Shown piece by piece: positions 1-8,934 of a DNA stretch of 44,265 bases. The notes beneath the pieces were generated by a model. That model was given only the letters and a program-made list of their open reading frames with translations. It was not told where the DNA came from and ran no database searches. The number at the start of each line of letters is the position of its first letter. Position 1 is the stretch's first letter. Source of the DNA: a virus (lineage: Duplodnaviria > Heunggongvirae > Uroviricota > Caudoviricetes); IMG/VR virus record IMGVR_UViG_2877973648_000002, positions 1-44,265 of that record. One strand, written 5' to 3'. The position numbers were made by a program, and so were the translations under genes.

Positions 1-19
1 CTATTTGATAAATATTAAA

Positions 20-1315
20 TTAATTTTTCATTGCTTCGTTATGGGGCATGGTTGGGGCAAACTCGCTTAACTGTGTATTTAACAAAGCTACCTGTGCATT
101 ATTGTTTTCAGACATCCATTTTCCGTATACCTGAAATACCATTTGCGCATCTGCATGGCCCATCTGGTTTGCTATAAATGCCGGGTTAGCACCAGCTGTC
201 AGCGACCAGCAGGCATAAGTATGTCTCGACTGATATGATTTTCGATGGCGGAGTCCGGCACGTTTTATCGCTGCGTCCCACATCTGCCTTATTGAGTCAA
301 CGGTAAAATGGTCACCATAATTTTTTACTCTCGCTGACACTTCAGGTTGAAAAACAAAGGTGCATTTTTGTTTTTCTGTTCTGCCATACTCTCTGAGGTG
401 AACATCAATGATATGCTCTTTGCTCAGTCTCGTTAATGTCATCTGACTCCGGAGAGCGTCGATTGCTGGCTTAATAAGATGAATGACCCGATTGGTTCCC
501 GCCTGTGTTTTTGGTACCGTGAAACGGTCTTTTGCTAAATTTCTCCTGATCATCATTGTTCCATTTTTCAGATCTATGTCCTCCCATCCAAGTGCACACA
601 GCTCACCAGGGCGAACGCCAGTATAAACAGAAACACACCATAAATTTTTTGCTTGCTGATTTCTGCACGCATCGATAAGACGGATAAATTCCTCCCGCGA
701 AAGAGGATCCGGAATGGTTCTTGATTCCTTTAATGGCGAGATCCCCTTAAACGGATTATCTGCCAGGTAACCGTTATCAACACCAAACTGGAACACGGCG
801 TTAAGATTTGTTATGTAATTATTTACAGTTACAGCCGATCTCCCTGGTTGTGTAACAATATAGTTACTTTTGGGGATCTGGTATCCAGTCAGTAGCTCTT
901 TACGAACCTCCAGTAATTTTTCTTTATTAATCGATGAGGCAAGATTTTTTTCACCGATTATGCTCAGGATATTTTTGATGACGGCACGGTATGTGTTGAG
1001 TGATGTTTTGGCGACTTCAGTTTCTTTCAGTGCCAAAAATTTTTCAGCCAGTTCTTTTATGGTTAAATCTTGTCGGGCCTCACCAAATTTTTCCAGATTG
1101 CGTGAGGAGGGAAACTGTTTTGCATAGTCGAAAACACCAGTTTTTATTGCGTAACAAACAGAGGAGCGTAGTTCACCTGCAACGCGCCTGTTTTTTGATG
1201 TGTCAGGAACCCCCAGATTTTCCCTGACTCTTACGCCTTTATAAACAAACCAGATACGTAATTTCCCTCCATGGTTTTCCACGCCTGTCGGATATTTCAT
1301 TTCAACTTCTCTCAT
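20..1315 (-). CDS. int: Phage tyrosine integrase
   Basis: 431-aa ORF with C-terminal tyrosine-recombinase motifs (RHTYACW...GHADAQMVFQVYGKWM); at prophage edge next to an excisionase-like gene. Confidence 0.9.
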   Translation of the reverse strand: MREVEMKYPTGVENHGGKLRIWFVYKGVRVRENLGVPDTSKNRRVAGELRSSVCYAIKTGVFDYAKQFPSSRNLEKFGEARQDLTIKELAEKFLALKETEVAKTSLNTYRAVIKNILSIIGEKNLASSINKEKLLEVRKELLTGYQIPKSNYIVTQPGRSAVTVNNYITNLNAVFQFGVDNGYLADNPFKGISPLKESRTIPDPLSREEFIRLIDACRNQQAKNLWCVSVYTGVRPGELCALGWEDIDLKNGTMMIRRNLAKDRFTVPKTQAGTNRVIHLIKPAIDALRSQMTLTRLSKEHIIDVHLREYGRTEKQKCTFVFQPEVSARVKNYGDHFTVDSIRQMWDAAIKRAGLRHRKSYQSRHTYACWSLTAGANPAFIANQMGHADAQMVFQVYGKWMSENNNAQVALLNTQLSEFAPTMPHNEAMKN

Positions 1316-1334
1316 TAGTTAGTGTGGCTTTTAG

Positions 1335-1586
1335 TCAAGTAAGATGACGTCTTGGTCTCGCTGATGCCTGGCGCTCAATCCAGCGATCAATTTCTTCCAG
1401 GTTGTAAAAGCATGGACTGTTATCCCATGGCATACCGTCATGAGCGACATGCTTATATTCCCTTCCTTCCATAAACGATTTTTCCCGGGCCTTTTTTAAC
1501 GTACCTTTTTTTATTCCTTTCAGCGCAATTAACTGCTCTTCGGATACCCATTTGCCGGGAGAGACAATCATGATTACTTCGCTCAT
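1335..1586 (-). CDS. xis: Excisionase-like small protein
   Basis: 83-aa ORF immediately upstream of int on the same strand; small basic protein; assignment by position and recollection of Rac/Qin-type xis. Confidence 0.6.
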   Translation of the reverse strand: MSEVIMIVSPGKWVSEEQLIALKGIKKGTLKKAREKSFMEGREYKHVAHDGMPWDNSPCFYNLEEIDRWIERQASARPRRHLT

Positions 1587-1658
1587 CGATTTCTTTATCT
1601 CTTACATCAGACGAGCGCCGGTTGCAGAATACCAGTCACAACCGGCGACAGTTGAACA

Positions 1659-4130
1659 TTAAGAATCAGCCTGACTCGGGATCAGTTTTTGCCAGATAAC
1701 TGAAACGTATTTTGCCTGGTAACGGGCGTCATCAAGTGCATTATGGCGCTCACCTTCGAATGGAATAGCCGTTCTGGCATCGAAGTCTATGGCTTTCCCC
1801 AGCTCAACGATTGTGCGTACATCGCGATCGTTGTAGTAACGCCACGGGCAGGGGATCCCCTGCCGTTCGTATGAACGGCGCAAAATCGTGTTGTCGAAGT
1901 TGGCTCCATTTCCCCAAACCTGAACAAAAAATTCACCGGAGTTTTCGTCGATAAATTCCCGCAATTGTAACAGTGCATCATCTAACGGGATTTCATCGGT
2001 CATAATGGCAGATTGCGCTTCGCGTGATTGCTTAAGCCACCATTTAATGGTGTCCCGATCAATGACTCCGCCAGCAGTTTCCAGATCGATAGTCTTACTA
2101 AATTCCGGTCCCATATCTCCGGTTTGCGGATCGAAAAATATTGCACCTATTGAGATGATCGGGGCATCAGGATTTTTTCCCATGGTTTCAAGGTCGATCA
2201 TTAGATGGTCACACGTCCTGCTGGTGGATGTGATTTCGTGATGACCGTTCACCTTAATTGGGTGATCTGCCGTCTCGCCAGTTTCATTATCGCTATTGTG
2301 ATGCTGATTGCCGCCAGTGTTCTCCTTGTGTGGATGTTCAGCGCCTTCCATTTCCTCCGGATCATCTTCCTGAACTTCAACCTGATACTCTTCATCGAAT
2401 GTTTCTTGGTATGTTGCGTCGCCCATCACCGCGCCACAATCAGGGCAGTTGCCGCCGCCGGTCTGACCGCAGGCGGTGCAGGCTTTTTCCACTTCCTGTT
2501 GCGCCACTGGTTCAGGCTGTTTCGTTTCTGGCTCGTTTTGTAACGCATTTGGACTGTTTTGTTCCGCTTTTTGGTAGTTCCGTTCCGATTCATGCTGGTT
2601 CTGGTTCACAGAATCGCGGGTCTGGATCCCCTTAACCCATTTCGGATCATTCGGGTCACTAATCCCTTCAACAAATTCACCACGTGATGCAGCAAGCAAC
2701 TTATCGGCGTCAGGCTGGCTGATATTGGCTGCCTGCATAATTTTGTTTACTTCGTCAGCGGTAACTTTTATCGGCTCTGGTTGTTCTGAATCTTCAGCGG
2801 TATCTACATTTTGCGGTAAGCCCGTGTATGTGCCATTTTTTCGGGCAAAATATTCTTCTTTTGTGATTTCAGTGGCGCCAGCAGCCAGTGCCTTATCCAG
2901 ACCAGAAAGTTTGTTTGCGCGACCGTATTTTTCTCCGTCCTTATCTGCGAAGAGGAAATAGAACGGCCCCTCACGCTCTACAGATGGTTCAGCTTCCGGC
3001 GCGGTTTCATTTTTTGGGATATCAGATACCTCAGTTTCCACTGCATCAGTTTGTGTTTCTGATGACTGGAGAACAGCAACAGTGCCCAGGTCTGTTTCTT
3101 CATTCTCAAACACGCCCTTTGTCGTCAGGTATTCGCAGATATATTTGTTCAGTGCTACGGGATCTTTGTGAATGTCGATCGGACGCTCACGGACAAGGCC
3201 AAAAATAGTTTGGCGGTCGTAGCGAAGGGCATCAGGCTGTTTGCGTATTGATGCCGAGATACGCTTCCAGTCTTCGCGGTCGTTGTCGATAACTTCTTTT
3301 TTTGCCCAGCGATGGATGCTGCCGTCAATGTTTCCGGCATCCACATCACCAGGCCAGAGAGCGTAGGCCAGTTCGTCATCCAGTGTTTTCCATGTCTGCT
3401 TGTATTCGCGATGAATGGCAGCAATGACCGAGCTGATTTTTCCTGTTGAATTTTCAGTGTACTGTTGATTGGCTCTGGCGCGGGCGAGATCAACAACAGA
3501 CGTGTATTTTCCGGTTTCCTTGCGTTCACCTTCGCGACGTTTTTTCCAGATGCGCATCTCTGCCTGAATTTCGGGCCATTTAGCACCAGGAATACATTTA
3601 TGCTTAACCCACCCAATGGCGTGCAACTTAAGCTCCGGATACATGGCGTTAACTTCTGGCATTTTCATCAACGCTTCAACGATATGTCCGTCGAATGTTG
3701 CCATGTCTTCCTGCAACAATTCCTGTGCGCTAATAACCATATCAACGGTGATGTTTTCACATGTGTCGAACTTAACCATGACAGCGTTCTGTACTTCAGG
3801 GGCCAGCTTGTCAAAAGTGACGTTCATCGGATCGGATTCAGTCTCAACCGGGACAAAAGAAGCAGACTCCTCATCCCAGCGGTTTTCCTGCATATATTCA
3901 GCATCCCATGAATCGAGGGCAGGGCGGGGTATGCCAGGTTTATCCTCGCAGACAATAAATTTATAAGCGCAGTCCTGAGCAGCCGGATAATGTTCCAGGA
4001 ATTGCCAGTGAAATTTTGCTCGAGCACGGCGTTCGTCGCCAGCTTCAATGGCTGTGGCTACAGCCACAGCGCCTTCTTCCCTTGTTGCCAGTTCGTCAGG
4101 AATAGCGGCGCAAATAAAGACTTTACTCAT
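1659..4130 (-). CDS. RecE-like exonuclease (exodeoxyribonuclease VIII family) with C-terminal DnaQ-like 3'-5' exonuclease domain
   Basis: 823-aa ORF; internal segment DADKLLAASRGEFVEGISDPNDPKWVKGIQTRD recalled from Rac RecE; C-terminal DLETMG...FDNTIL...HNALDDA motifs typical of DEDDh exonucleases; CxxC...CxxC zinc-ribbon-like segment. Confidence 0.7.
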   Translation of the reverse strand: MSKVFICAAIPDELATREEGAVAVATAIEAGDERRARAKFHWQFLEHYPAAQDCAYKFIVCEDKPGIPRPALDSWDAEYMQENRWDEESASFVPVETESDPMNVTFDKLAPEVQNAVMVKFDTCENITVDMVISAQELLQEDMATFDGHIVEALMKMPEVNAMYPELKLHAIGWVKHKCIPGAKWPEIQAEMRIWKKRREGERKETGKYTSVVDLARARANQQYTENSTGKISSVIAAIHREYKQTWKTLDDELAYALWPGDVDAGNIDGSIHRWAKKEVIDNDREDWKRISASIRKQPDALRYDRQTIFGLVRERPIDIHKDPVALNKYICEYLTTKGVFENEETDLGTVAVLQSSETQTDAVETEVSDIPKNETAPEAEPSVEREGPFYFLFADKDGEKYGRANKLSGLDKALAAGATEITKEEYFARKNGTYTGLPQNVDTAEDSEQPEPIKVTADEVNKIMQAANISQPDADKLLAASRGEFVEGISDPNDPKWVKGIQTRDSVNQNQHESERNYQKAEQNSPNALQNEPETKQPEPVAQQEVEKACTACGQTGGGNCPDCGAVMGDATYQETFDEEYQVEVQEDDPEEMEGAEHPHKENTGGNQHHNSDNETGETADHPIKVNGHHEITSTSRTCDHLMIDLETMGKNPDAPIISIGAIFFDPQTGDMGPEFSKTIDLETAGGVIDRDTIKWWLKQSREAQSAIMTDEIPLDDALLQLREFIDENSGEFFVQVWGNGANFDNTILRRSYERQGIPCPWRYYNDRDVRTIVELGKAIDFDARTAIPFEGERHNALDDARYQAKYVSVIWQKLIPSQADS

Positions 4131-4223
4131 TTTGTTTTAACCTCATGACAGATTTAAGGATGAACAAATCCCTGCCATTGCTGGCATATAAGAATGAAAC
4201 CGGATATTTATTACGGAACTGTT

Positions 4224-4415
4224 TTAAAGACCTGCCGGGATTTCGATATTATCCTGGTGAATAACTTTATCGACCGGGTAACAGTTACCGGGAATTTTCT
4301 GTTCGGTTGCTGCAGTCATACACTCCTGCATTGTCCTGTGAACACTGACTGCAATATCAACTGGCACTCCGGAAACAAGAAAAACTGTCAGAACAAGCGC
4401 AAATGCTGAATTCAT
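4224..4415 (-). CDS. Hypothetical small protein with N-terminal hydrophobic signal-like segment
   Basis: ORF with AAGGA 9 nt upstream of the internal ATG at 4415; N-terminal AFALVLTVFLVSG. Confidence 0.4.
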   Translation of the reverse strand: MNSAFALVLTVFLVSGVPVDIAVSVHRTMQECMTAATEQKIPGNCYPVDKVIHQDNIEIPAGL

Positions 4416-4600
4416 TGTGCACATCCTTTTGGCATCAGACGTAAACGAGCCAGCATTGAAACAATGCATATTTTATTTAATAGCTCCCGTTCTTGTTTTC
4501 TCTTGTTAATGGCATCTTCAGTAAATACAGGGTTACTGATAGTGACACCAATTTCAAAACAACCTTCAGACGTATTAACGTTTGGTAATAACGTTTTCAT
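4412..4600 (-). CDS. Hypothetical small early-region protein
   Basis: ORF starting MKTLLPNVNTSEG with GAGGA upstream; translationally coupled to the next small gene. Confidence 0.4.
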   Translation of the reverse strand: MKTLLPNVNTSEGCFEIGVTISNPVFTEDAINKRKQERELLNKICIVSMLARLRLMPKGCAQ

Positions 4601-5086
4601 TATCGCGTCCTCAACAATGAATTTTGTGATGCAGTGCCTGGTGCCTCCAAGTGACGTTAACCAGTTAACAATTAACGTCGGATACAGAGAATCCACCCAT
4701 AACACTGTTTTTGGTTTTAACTGTTCCGCGTGCGCTTAGCCGCATTCACCGCATCACAAAATTCACTTTAAAAACGGCGGCAGAGCAGTCACGGAGTAAA
4801 ACTGATACCGCCAAACGTCACCAGAAAATTGATAACAGAGGGCGTTGCAGCGGGGTTGTCACTTAAGCGTATGGTCAACCTGACAACTCGGTGTCCTCAA
4901 CGGGGAAGGAATAACCCCGCCATACTTACCGCCGCGCCATTTTGCGGGTTGCCACAACCGGAAGCGCACGGTCGAATTAAATTTAACGACACCGTACAGT
5001 GAGACGAACTTCGCCGTGCGCTTTCGTGTTGTGTGCCTGCTTTTAACCACGTCAGGCGAGGTGGTATCCTTAAAATCACCACAGTT

Positions 5087-5662
5087 TTAAGGATTCATTA
5101 AGCAATGTCGCAACCACCAATAAATCCGCTTAAGAACATGAAAATTGATTACTGGTATAAAGCGCTTACAGTTGTTGGCGCTGCGTTGTTTGTCTTTAAT
5201 GGAACGTCTTTTTTTGACAGATATCCCGTTGTTCCATTGGGTTTTTTGTCCTCCGGCATCTTTTTTATTGGTTTGGGGGAGTGGATTAATCACCCTCTCA
5301 AAGTGAGATTTATTGGTCCTGGAGTTTGGACTCGTGGATATAATCGTTCTTCGTGCGCACTCGGTATCATCTTCGACATACTTGGTTGTTTCCTGATTGT
5401 TACAGGAGTCGTCAAGTTCTTCTGATGTAAAACCGCAAATGGGGCACGTAACGGGAATTTTGAAAAGCGTTTCTCCGGGTTCCAGAACAAAATTTTCTGC
5501 GGTCTGATTTTGCTTCTCATATTTGTGCTCCGCGTCATTGTGAGAGCACATTCTTATTCTGAGTGCCTGTTTAAACTCACTGAAGCTGAGAGCTTCTTCG
5601 CCTTCGGCAAGGCCTTCGAAGTATTCTTCGTAAGCCTTTTCCATGATTGTGTCGAAATCCAT
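5087..5662 (-). CDS. Hypothetical protein (YdaG-like N-terminus) overlapping the membrane-protein gene antisense
   Basis: ORF starting MDFDTIMEKAYEEYFEGL with AGGTGA RBS; N-terminal ~90 aa protein-like with a CPIC motif, C-terminal half low-complexity and basic; no in-frame stop until 5087. Confidence 0.3.
   Translation of the reverse strand: MDFDTIMEKAYEEYFEGLAEGEEALSFSEFKQALRIRMCSHNDAEHKYEKQNQTAENFVLEPGETLFKIPVTCPICGFTSEELDDSCNNQETTKYVEDDTECARRTIISTSPNSRTNKSHFERVINPLPQTNKKDAGGQKTQWNNGISVKKRRSIKDKQRSANNCKRFIPVINFHVLKRIYWWLRHCLMNP
5105..5425 (+). CDS. Small integral membrane protein (possible superinfection-exclusion type)
   Basis: 106-aa ORF with AAGGA RBS and 2-3 hydrophobic helices; lies where sieB sits in Rac-type prophages; fully overlaps a minus-strand ORF. 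Confidence 0.45.
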   Translation: MSQPPINPLKNMKIDYWYKALTVVGAALFVFNGTSFFDRYPVVPLGFLSSGIFFIGLGEWINHPLKVRFIGPGVWTRGYNRSSCALGIIFDILGCFLIVTGVVKFF

Positions 5663-5663
5663 A

Positions 5664-5819
5664 TCACTCACCTGAGTTTCTTTCCAGCCAGCGACGGGCA
5701 CCATTTTCGGTTTTAAACGTTTTGCTTTTGGTATACGTCATCGCGGTGAACGTGCCGTCCTGGTTGGGGAACACGCCACATACCAGAGATTCGCTGTTGC
5801 CAAGATCGATAGTATCCAT
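5664..5819 (-). CDS. Small protein, YdaF-like
   Basis: 51-aa ORF MDTIDLGNSESLVCGVFPNQDGTF... with GAGG RBS; recalled similarity to Rac YdaF. Confidence 0.5.
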   Translation of the reverse strand: MDTIDLGNSESLVCGVFPNQDGTFTAMTYTKSKTFKTENGARRWLERNSGE

Positions 5820-5932
5820 GCTGACCTCATTTCCCCTTAACGCCGGGGTAGCGGAACTGTTTGCTGAGAACACCGTGCGGTGTCTTGATGGAAAGTAATT
5901 TAGAATAACCTAACATAAGAGGCAAGTGTTTT

Positions 5933-5952
5933 TTGTTAGATTGGTCTAACAA
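5933..5952. promoter_or_regulatory. Palindromic operator-like site TTGTTAGA-n4-TCTAACAA downstream of the repressor gene
   Basis: Perfect 8-bp inverted repeat; same half-site as the palindrome at 6445-6462. Confidence 0.45.
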
Positions 5953-5987
5953 AAAGAGTGGGCGCAACTAATCACTTGAAAAGAATG

Positions 5988-6395
5988 TTATTTTATTGAT
6001 TTATTTTTACGCGCTTTAAGCATTTCTTCGAAGAGTTTGTTGAAGTTTTCTACTCTTGCGCGCATTTCAGACAGCAAGGCTTCCTGCTCGGAAGATGGAA
6101 GAGCATCGAATAATTCGATCAATTCTTTGTGGTTGGGAGTTAGCTCTGTTTCCACATGAAGTTCTTGTGCCGGCACTGGTGCCTTGTCTTCGTCACCAAA
6201 CATTAGCCATGTAGGTGAGCACTTCAGAGCATCCGCTAAAGCAAACAATCGTTTTCCGACTGGCTGGGTTTCGTCTCTTTCCCATTGTGAAATTGTGACG
6301 TGAGCAACCCCAGCGAGGCGCGCAGCTTCTCGTTGTGTTAAGCGTAATTCTTTTCGTCGCGCCAGAACTCGCTGGCCTAGGGTTCTTGTATCCAT
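5988..6395 (-). CDS. XRE-family HTH prophage repressor (CI/RacR-like)
   Basis: 135-aa ORF with N-terminal HTH (LTQREAARLAGVAHVTISQWERDETQP); divergent from a cro-like gene. Confidence 0.8.
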   Translation of the reverse strand: MDTRTLGQRVLARRKELRLTQREAARLAGVAHVTISQWERDETQPVGKRLFALADALKCSPTWLMFGDEDKAPVPAQELHVETELTPNHKELIELFDALPSSEQEALLSEMRARVENFNKLFEEMLKARKNKSIK

Positions 6396-6475
6396 AGTTA
6401 GGTAATTCTAATTTTTCTTGACTTAGGTATCCCGCGCACAATAATGTTAGAAAAGTCTAACAAGAGGAGGCTTTG
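6396..6475. promoter_or_regulatory. Divergent immunity promoter/operator region
   Basis: TTGACT (6418-6423), 17-bp spacer, ATAATG (6441-6446); palindrome TGTTAGAaaagTCTAACA at 6445-6462 overlaps the -10; AGAGGAGG RBS before the ATG at 6476. Confidence 0.55.
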
Positions 6476-6703
6476 ATGCTTAAAGCTGACGCAATTACTT
6501 TTTTTGGCAGCAAAACAAAGCTTGCCAATGCCGCAGGAGTGAGACTGGCAAGTGTTGCTGCTTGGGGGATACTGGTTCCTGAAGGTCGCGCGATGCGTCT
6601 ACAGGAGGCATCTGGCGGGGAGCTTCAGTATGATCCCAAAGTTTATGACGAATATCGTAAGACGAAGCGGGCGGGGCGGTTGAACAATGAAAATCACTCC
6701 TGA
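6476..6703 (+). CDS. Cro/YdaS-like small DNA-binding protein
   Basis: 75-aa ORF divergent from the repressor with strong RBS; N-terminus resembles Cro-like HTH proteins. Confidence 0.6.
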   Translation: MLKADAITFFGSKTKLANAAGVRLASVAAWGILVPEGRAMRLQEASGGELQYDPKVYDEYRKTKRAGRLNNENHS

Positions 6704-7208
6704 ACAGGCTCGTGAGGCTCTGGATGCCTGGATATGTCGACCAGGAATGACACAGGAGCAGGCGACGATATTAATCACTGAAGCATTCTGGGCTTTGAAA
6801 GAGCGCCCGAACATCGATGTTCAGCGTGTCACAGATGAAGGTGGCGCGGTTGATCAGCGAGCGCTTGGCGTTAATCGAGTGAAGATATTCGAACGCTGGA
6901 AGGCTATCGACACTAGGGATAAGCGTGAAAAGTTCACGGCGCTAGTGCCTGCAATTATGGAGGCTATCCGGATTAATGATTTCAGGTTGTATCGTGAAAT
7001 TAGTGACGGAAAAAGCATCACGTACATGATCGCCGGGTTAAACAAAGAATATGGCGATGTGGTGGAGTCCGGACTGCTTTTTGCTGATCCTGCCGTAGTG
7101 GATCGTGAAACTGACGAACTTATAGAAAAAGCAATTGCTTTCAAACTTGCGTATCGACAGCAATACCAACAAAAAGCTGGATGGAATTATGAGCCTTCTT
7201 TTTGCTGA
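6687..7208 (+). CDS. YdaT-like protein (CII-position gene)
   Basis: 173-aa ORF starting MKITPEQAREALDAWI, overlapping the preceding gene; recalled resemblance to Rac YdaT. Confidence 0.5.
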   Translation: MKITPEQAREALDAWICRPGMTQEQATILITEAFWALKERPNIDVQRVTDEGGAVDQRALGVNRVKIFERWKAIDTRDKREKFTALVPAIMEAIRINDFRLYREISDGKSITYMIAGLNKEYGDVVESGLLFADPAVVDRETDELIEKAIAFKLAYRQQYQQKAGWNYEPSFC

Positions 7209-8154
7209 ACGCCCACTGGTTATAAACACACAGCTTGCGATGAAGATTGGCTTAAATGAAGCCATTGTGTTGCAGCAGTTGCATTACTGGTTGAGAGATA
7301 CCAATTCCGGCATGGAATGTGATGGTGTTCGCTGGATTTACAACACAACGGAACAATGGCTGGAACAGTTCCCATTCTGGTCAGAGTCAACGTTAAAGCG
7401 CGCGTTTGCAAGTCTGAAAACGCTGGGGCTTTTGCGTTGTGAAAAGCTCAATAAATCAAAGCGCGATATGACCAATTTCTACACGATCAACTATGGGAGC
7501 GAGCTTTTAGATGGTGGCAAATTGAACGAATCCATCGGTTCAAAATGCGCCGCTCCATCAGGTCAAAATGACACGATGGAAGAGGTCAAAATGAAACGCT
7601 CCATTGGTTCAAAACGACCCAATGTCATCGGGTCAAAATGGCCTGATGATCTTACAGAGAATACAACAGAGATTACTACAGAGAATAAAAACACTTTTCG
7701 TCCGGAAGCTTCGCAACCGGACCCGCAGACCGCTGAACAGGATTTTTTAACCCGGAACCCCGACGCGGTTGTGTTTAGTGCGAAAAAACGCCAGTGGGGT
7801 AGCAGGGAGGATTTGGCGTGTGCGCAGTGGATTTGGGGGCGGATCGTGAACCTTTACGAACAGGCTGCCAGCGACGATGGAGAGATCATGCGACCAAAAG
7901 AGCCTAACTGGACAGCCTGGGCCAATGACGTGCGCACAATGCGGATGCTGGATGGCAGAAGCCACAGACAAATTTGCGAAATGTTTGGTCGGGTACAGCG
8001 AGATCCATTCTGGGTAAAAAACATCATGAGCCCGTCAAAACTCCGCGAAAAATGGGACGAACTGGTCATCCGCTTGGGACGTTCACCTGTACAGCGTTGT
8101 GTGAATCATATTTCTGAACCGGATACAGAAATTCCGCCTGGTTTCAGGGGATAA
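7189..8154 (+). CDS. Phage replication protein (replisome-organizer type)
   Basis: In-frame ATG at 7189 overlapping the stop of the upstream gene; internal triplicated motif SIGSK (likely iteron-like DNA repeats inside the gene, as in lambda O); conserved phage C-terminal region. Confidence 0.6.
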   Translation: MSLLFAERPLVINTQLAMKIGLNEAIVLQQLHYWLRDTNSGMECDGVRWIYNTTEQWLEQFPFWSESTLKRAFASLKTLGLLRCEKLNKSKRDMTNFYTINYGSELLDGGKLNESIGSKCAAPSGQNDTMEEVKMKRSIGSKRPNVIGSKWPDDLTENTTEITTENKNTFRPEASQPDPQTAEQDFLTRNPDAVVFSAKKRQWGSREDLACAQWIWGRIVNLYEQAASDDGEIMRPKEPNWTAWANDVRTMRMLDGRSHRQICEMFGRVQRDPFWVKNIMSPSKLREKWDELVIRLGRSPVQRCVNHISEPDTEIPPGFRG

Positions 8155-8194
8155 GTGTTGATTTCAGGTCATGAGGTAATTTTAAGGAGGACTT

Positions 8195-8617
8195 GTGGCA
8201 AAAGTTTTTACACAGGAAGAGCGGGAAAAAATTAAAGAGCAGGTGGTCGAACTTGTGCGCCAGAGCGGTCGCGAGACATTACGACAGTTGGAAGCTAAAA
8301 CAGGTGCGACAAGATATCTGATGAGCATTCTTGCCAGAGAGCTGGTTGCCAGTGGTTATGTATACAACTCCGGCTACGGGTTATTCCCGTCTGAACAGGC
8401 ACGAAAGGACTGGCAAAATGCCCGCAAAAAACTCTCTAGGGCGAAGGTGAAGAAACCCGCTGTGGTTGATCCGGACCTTATCTGGTCACTACCTGATGGA
8501 GAAATACGTCGCTACGACAGTCGTCTAAACATAATCTGTCGCGAGTGCCGGAAGAGCGAAGTTATGCAGCGCATATTGTCGTTTTATCAGGGAAATGTTC
8601 GGTATCTATTTAAGTGA
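8195..8617 (+). CDS. Hypothetical protein
   Basis: 140-aa ORF with GTG start 5 nt after AGGAGG; no recognisable motif. Confidence 0.5.
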   Translation: MAKVFTQEEREKIKEQVVELVRQSGRETLRQLEAKTGATRYLMSILARELVASGYVYNSGYGLFPSEQARKDWQNARKKLSRAKVKKPAVVDPDLIWSLPDGEIRRYDSRLNIICRECRKSEVMQRILSFYQGNVRYLFK

Positions 8618-8934
8618 CGAGATTAAAGTGCATTAGTTAAGATGTAAATTGACATTTTCATGGCATAGGGTAGAGGTAGCGTGGTTGTCTGCTTTGTGCC
8701 ATGAACTGATGTCGCTTGTGTGCGTGGCAATTAGTGTATAACGGATATCATCAGACTCCAGCAGTAGCATTGCTTGAGCATACTAACATATGAAATCTTT
8801 AGTTAACGTAAGATAAATTAGATTTAGTATTTTTTTGAGTATGAGCTCATAAATAATCAAAAAAACTTGATACGCCATATGACTTTGATTTATTTTGGAA
8901 AAACATAAAGGTAATGTAATGTAAAGAGGAAAAT

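Noticed and set aside
870-1227. Two small plus-strand ORFs
   Set aside because: Both lie within and antisense to the integrase gene.
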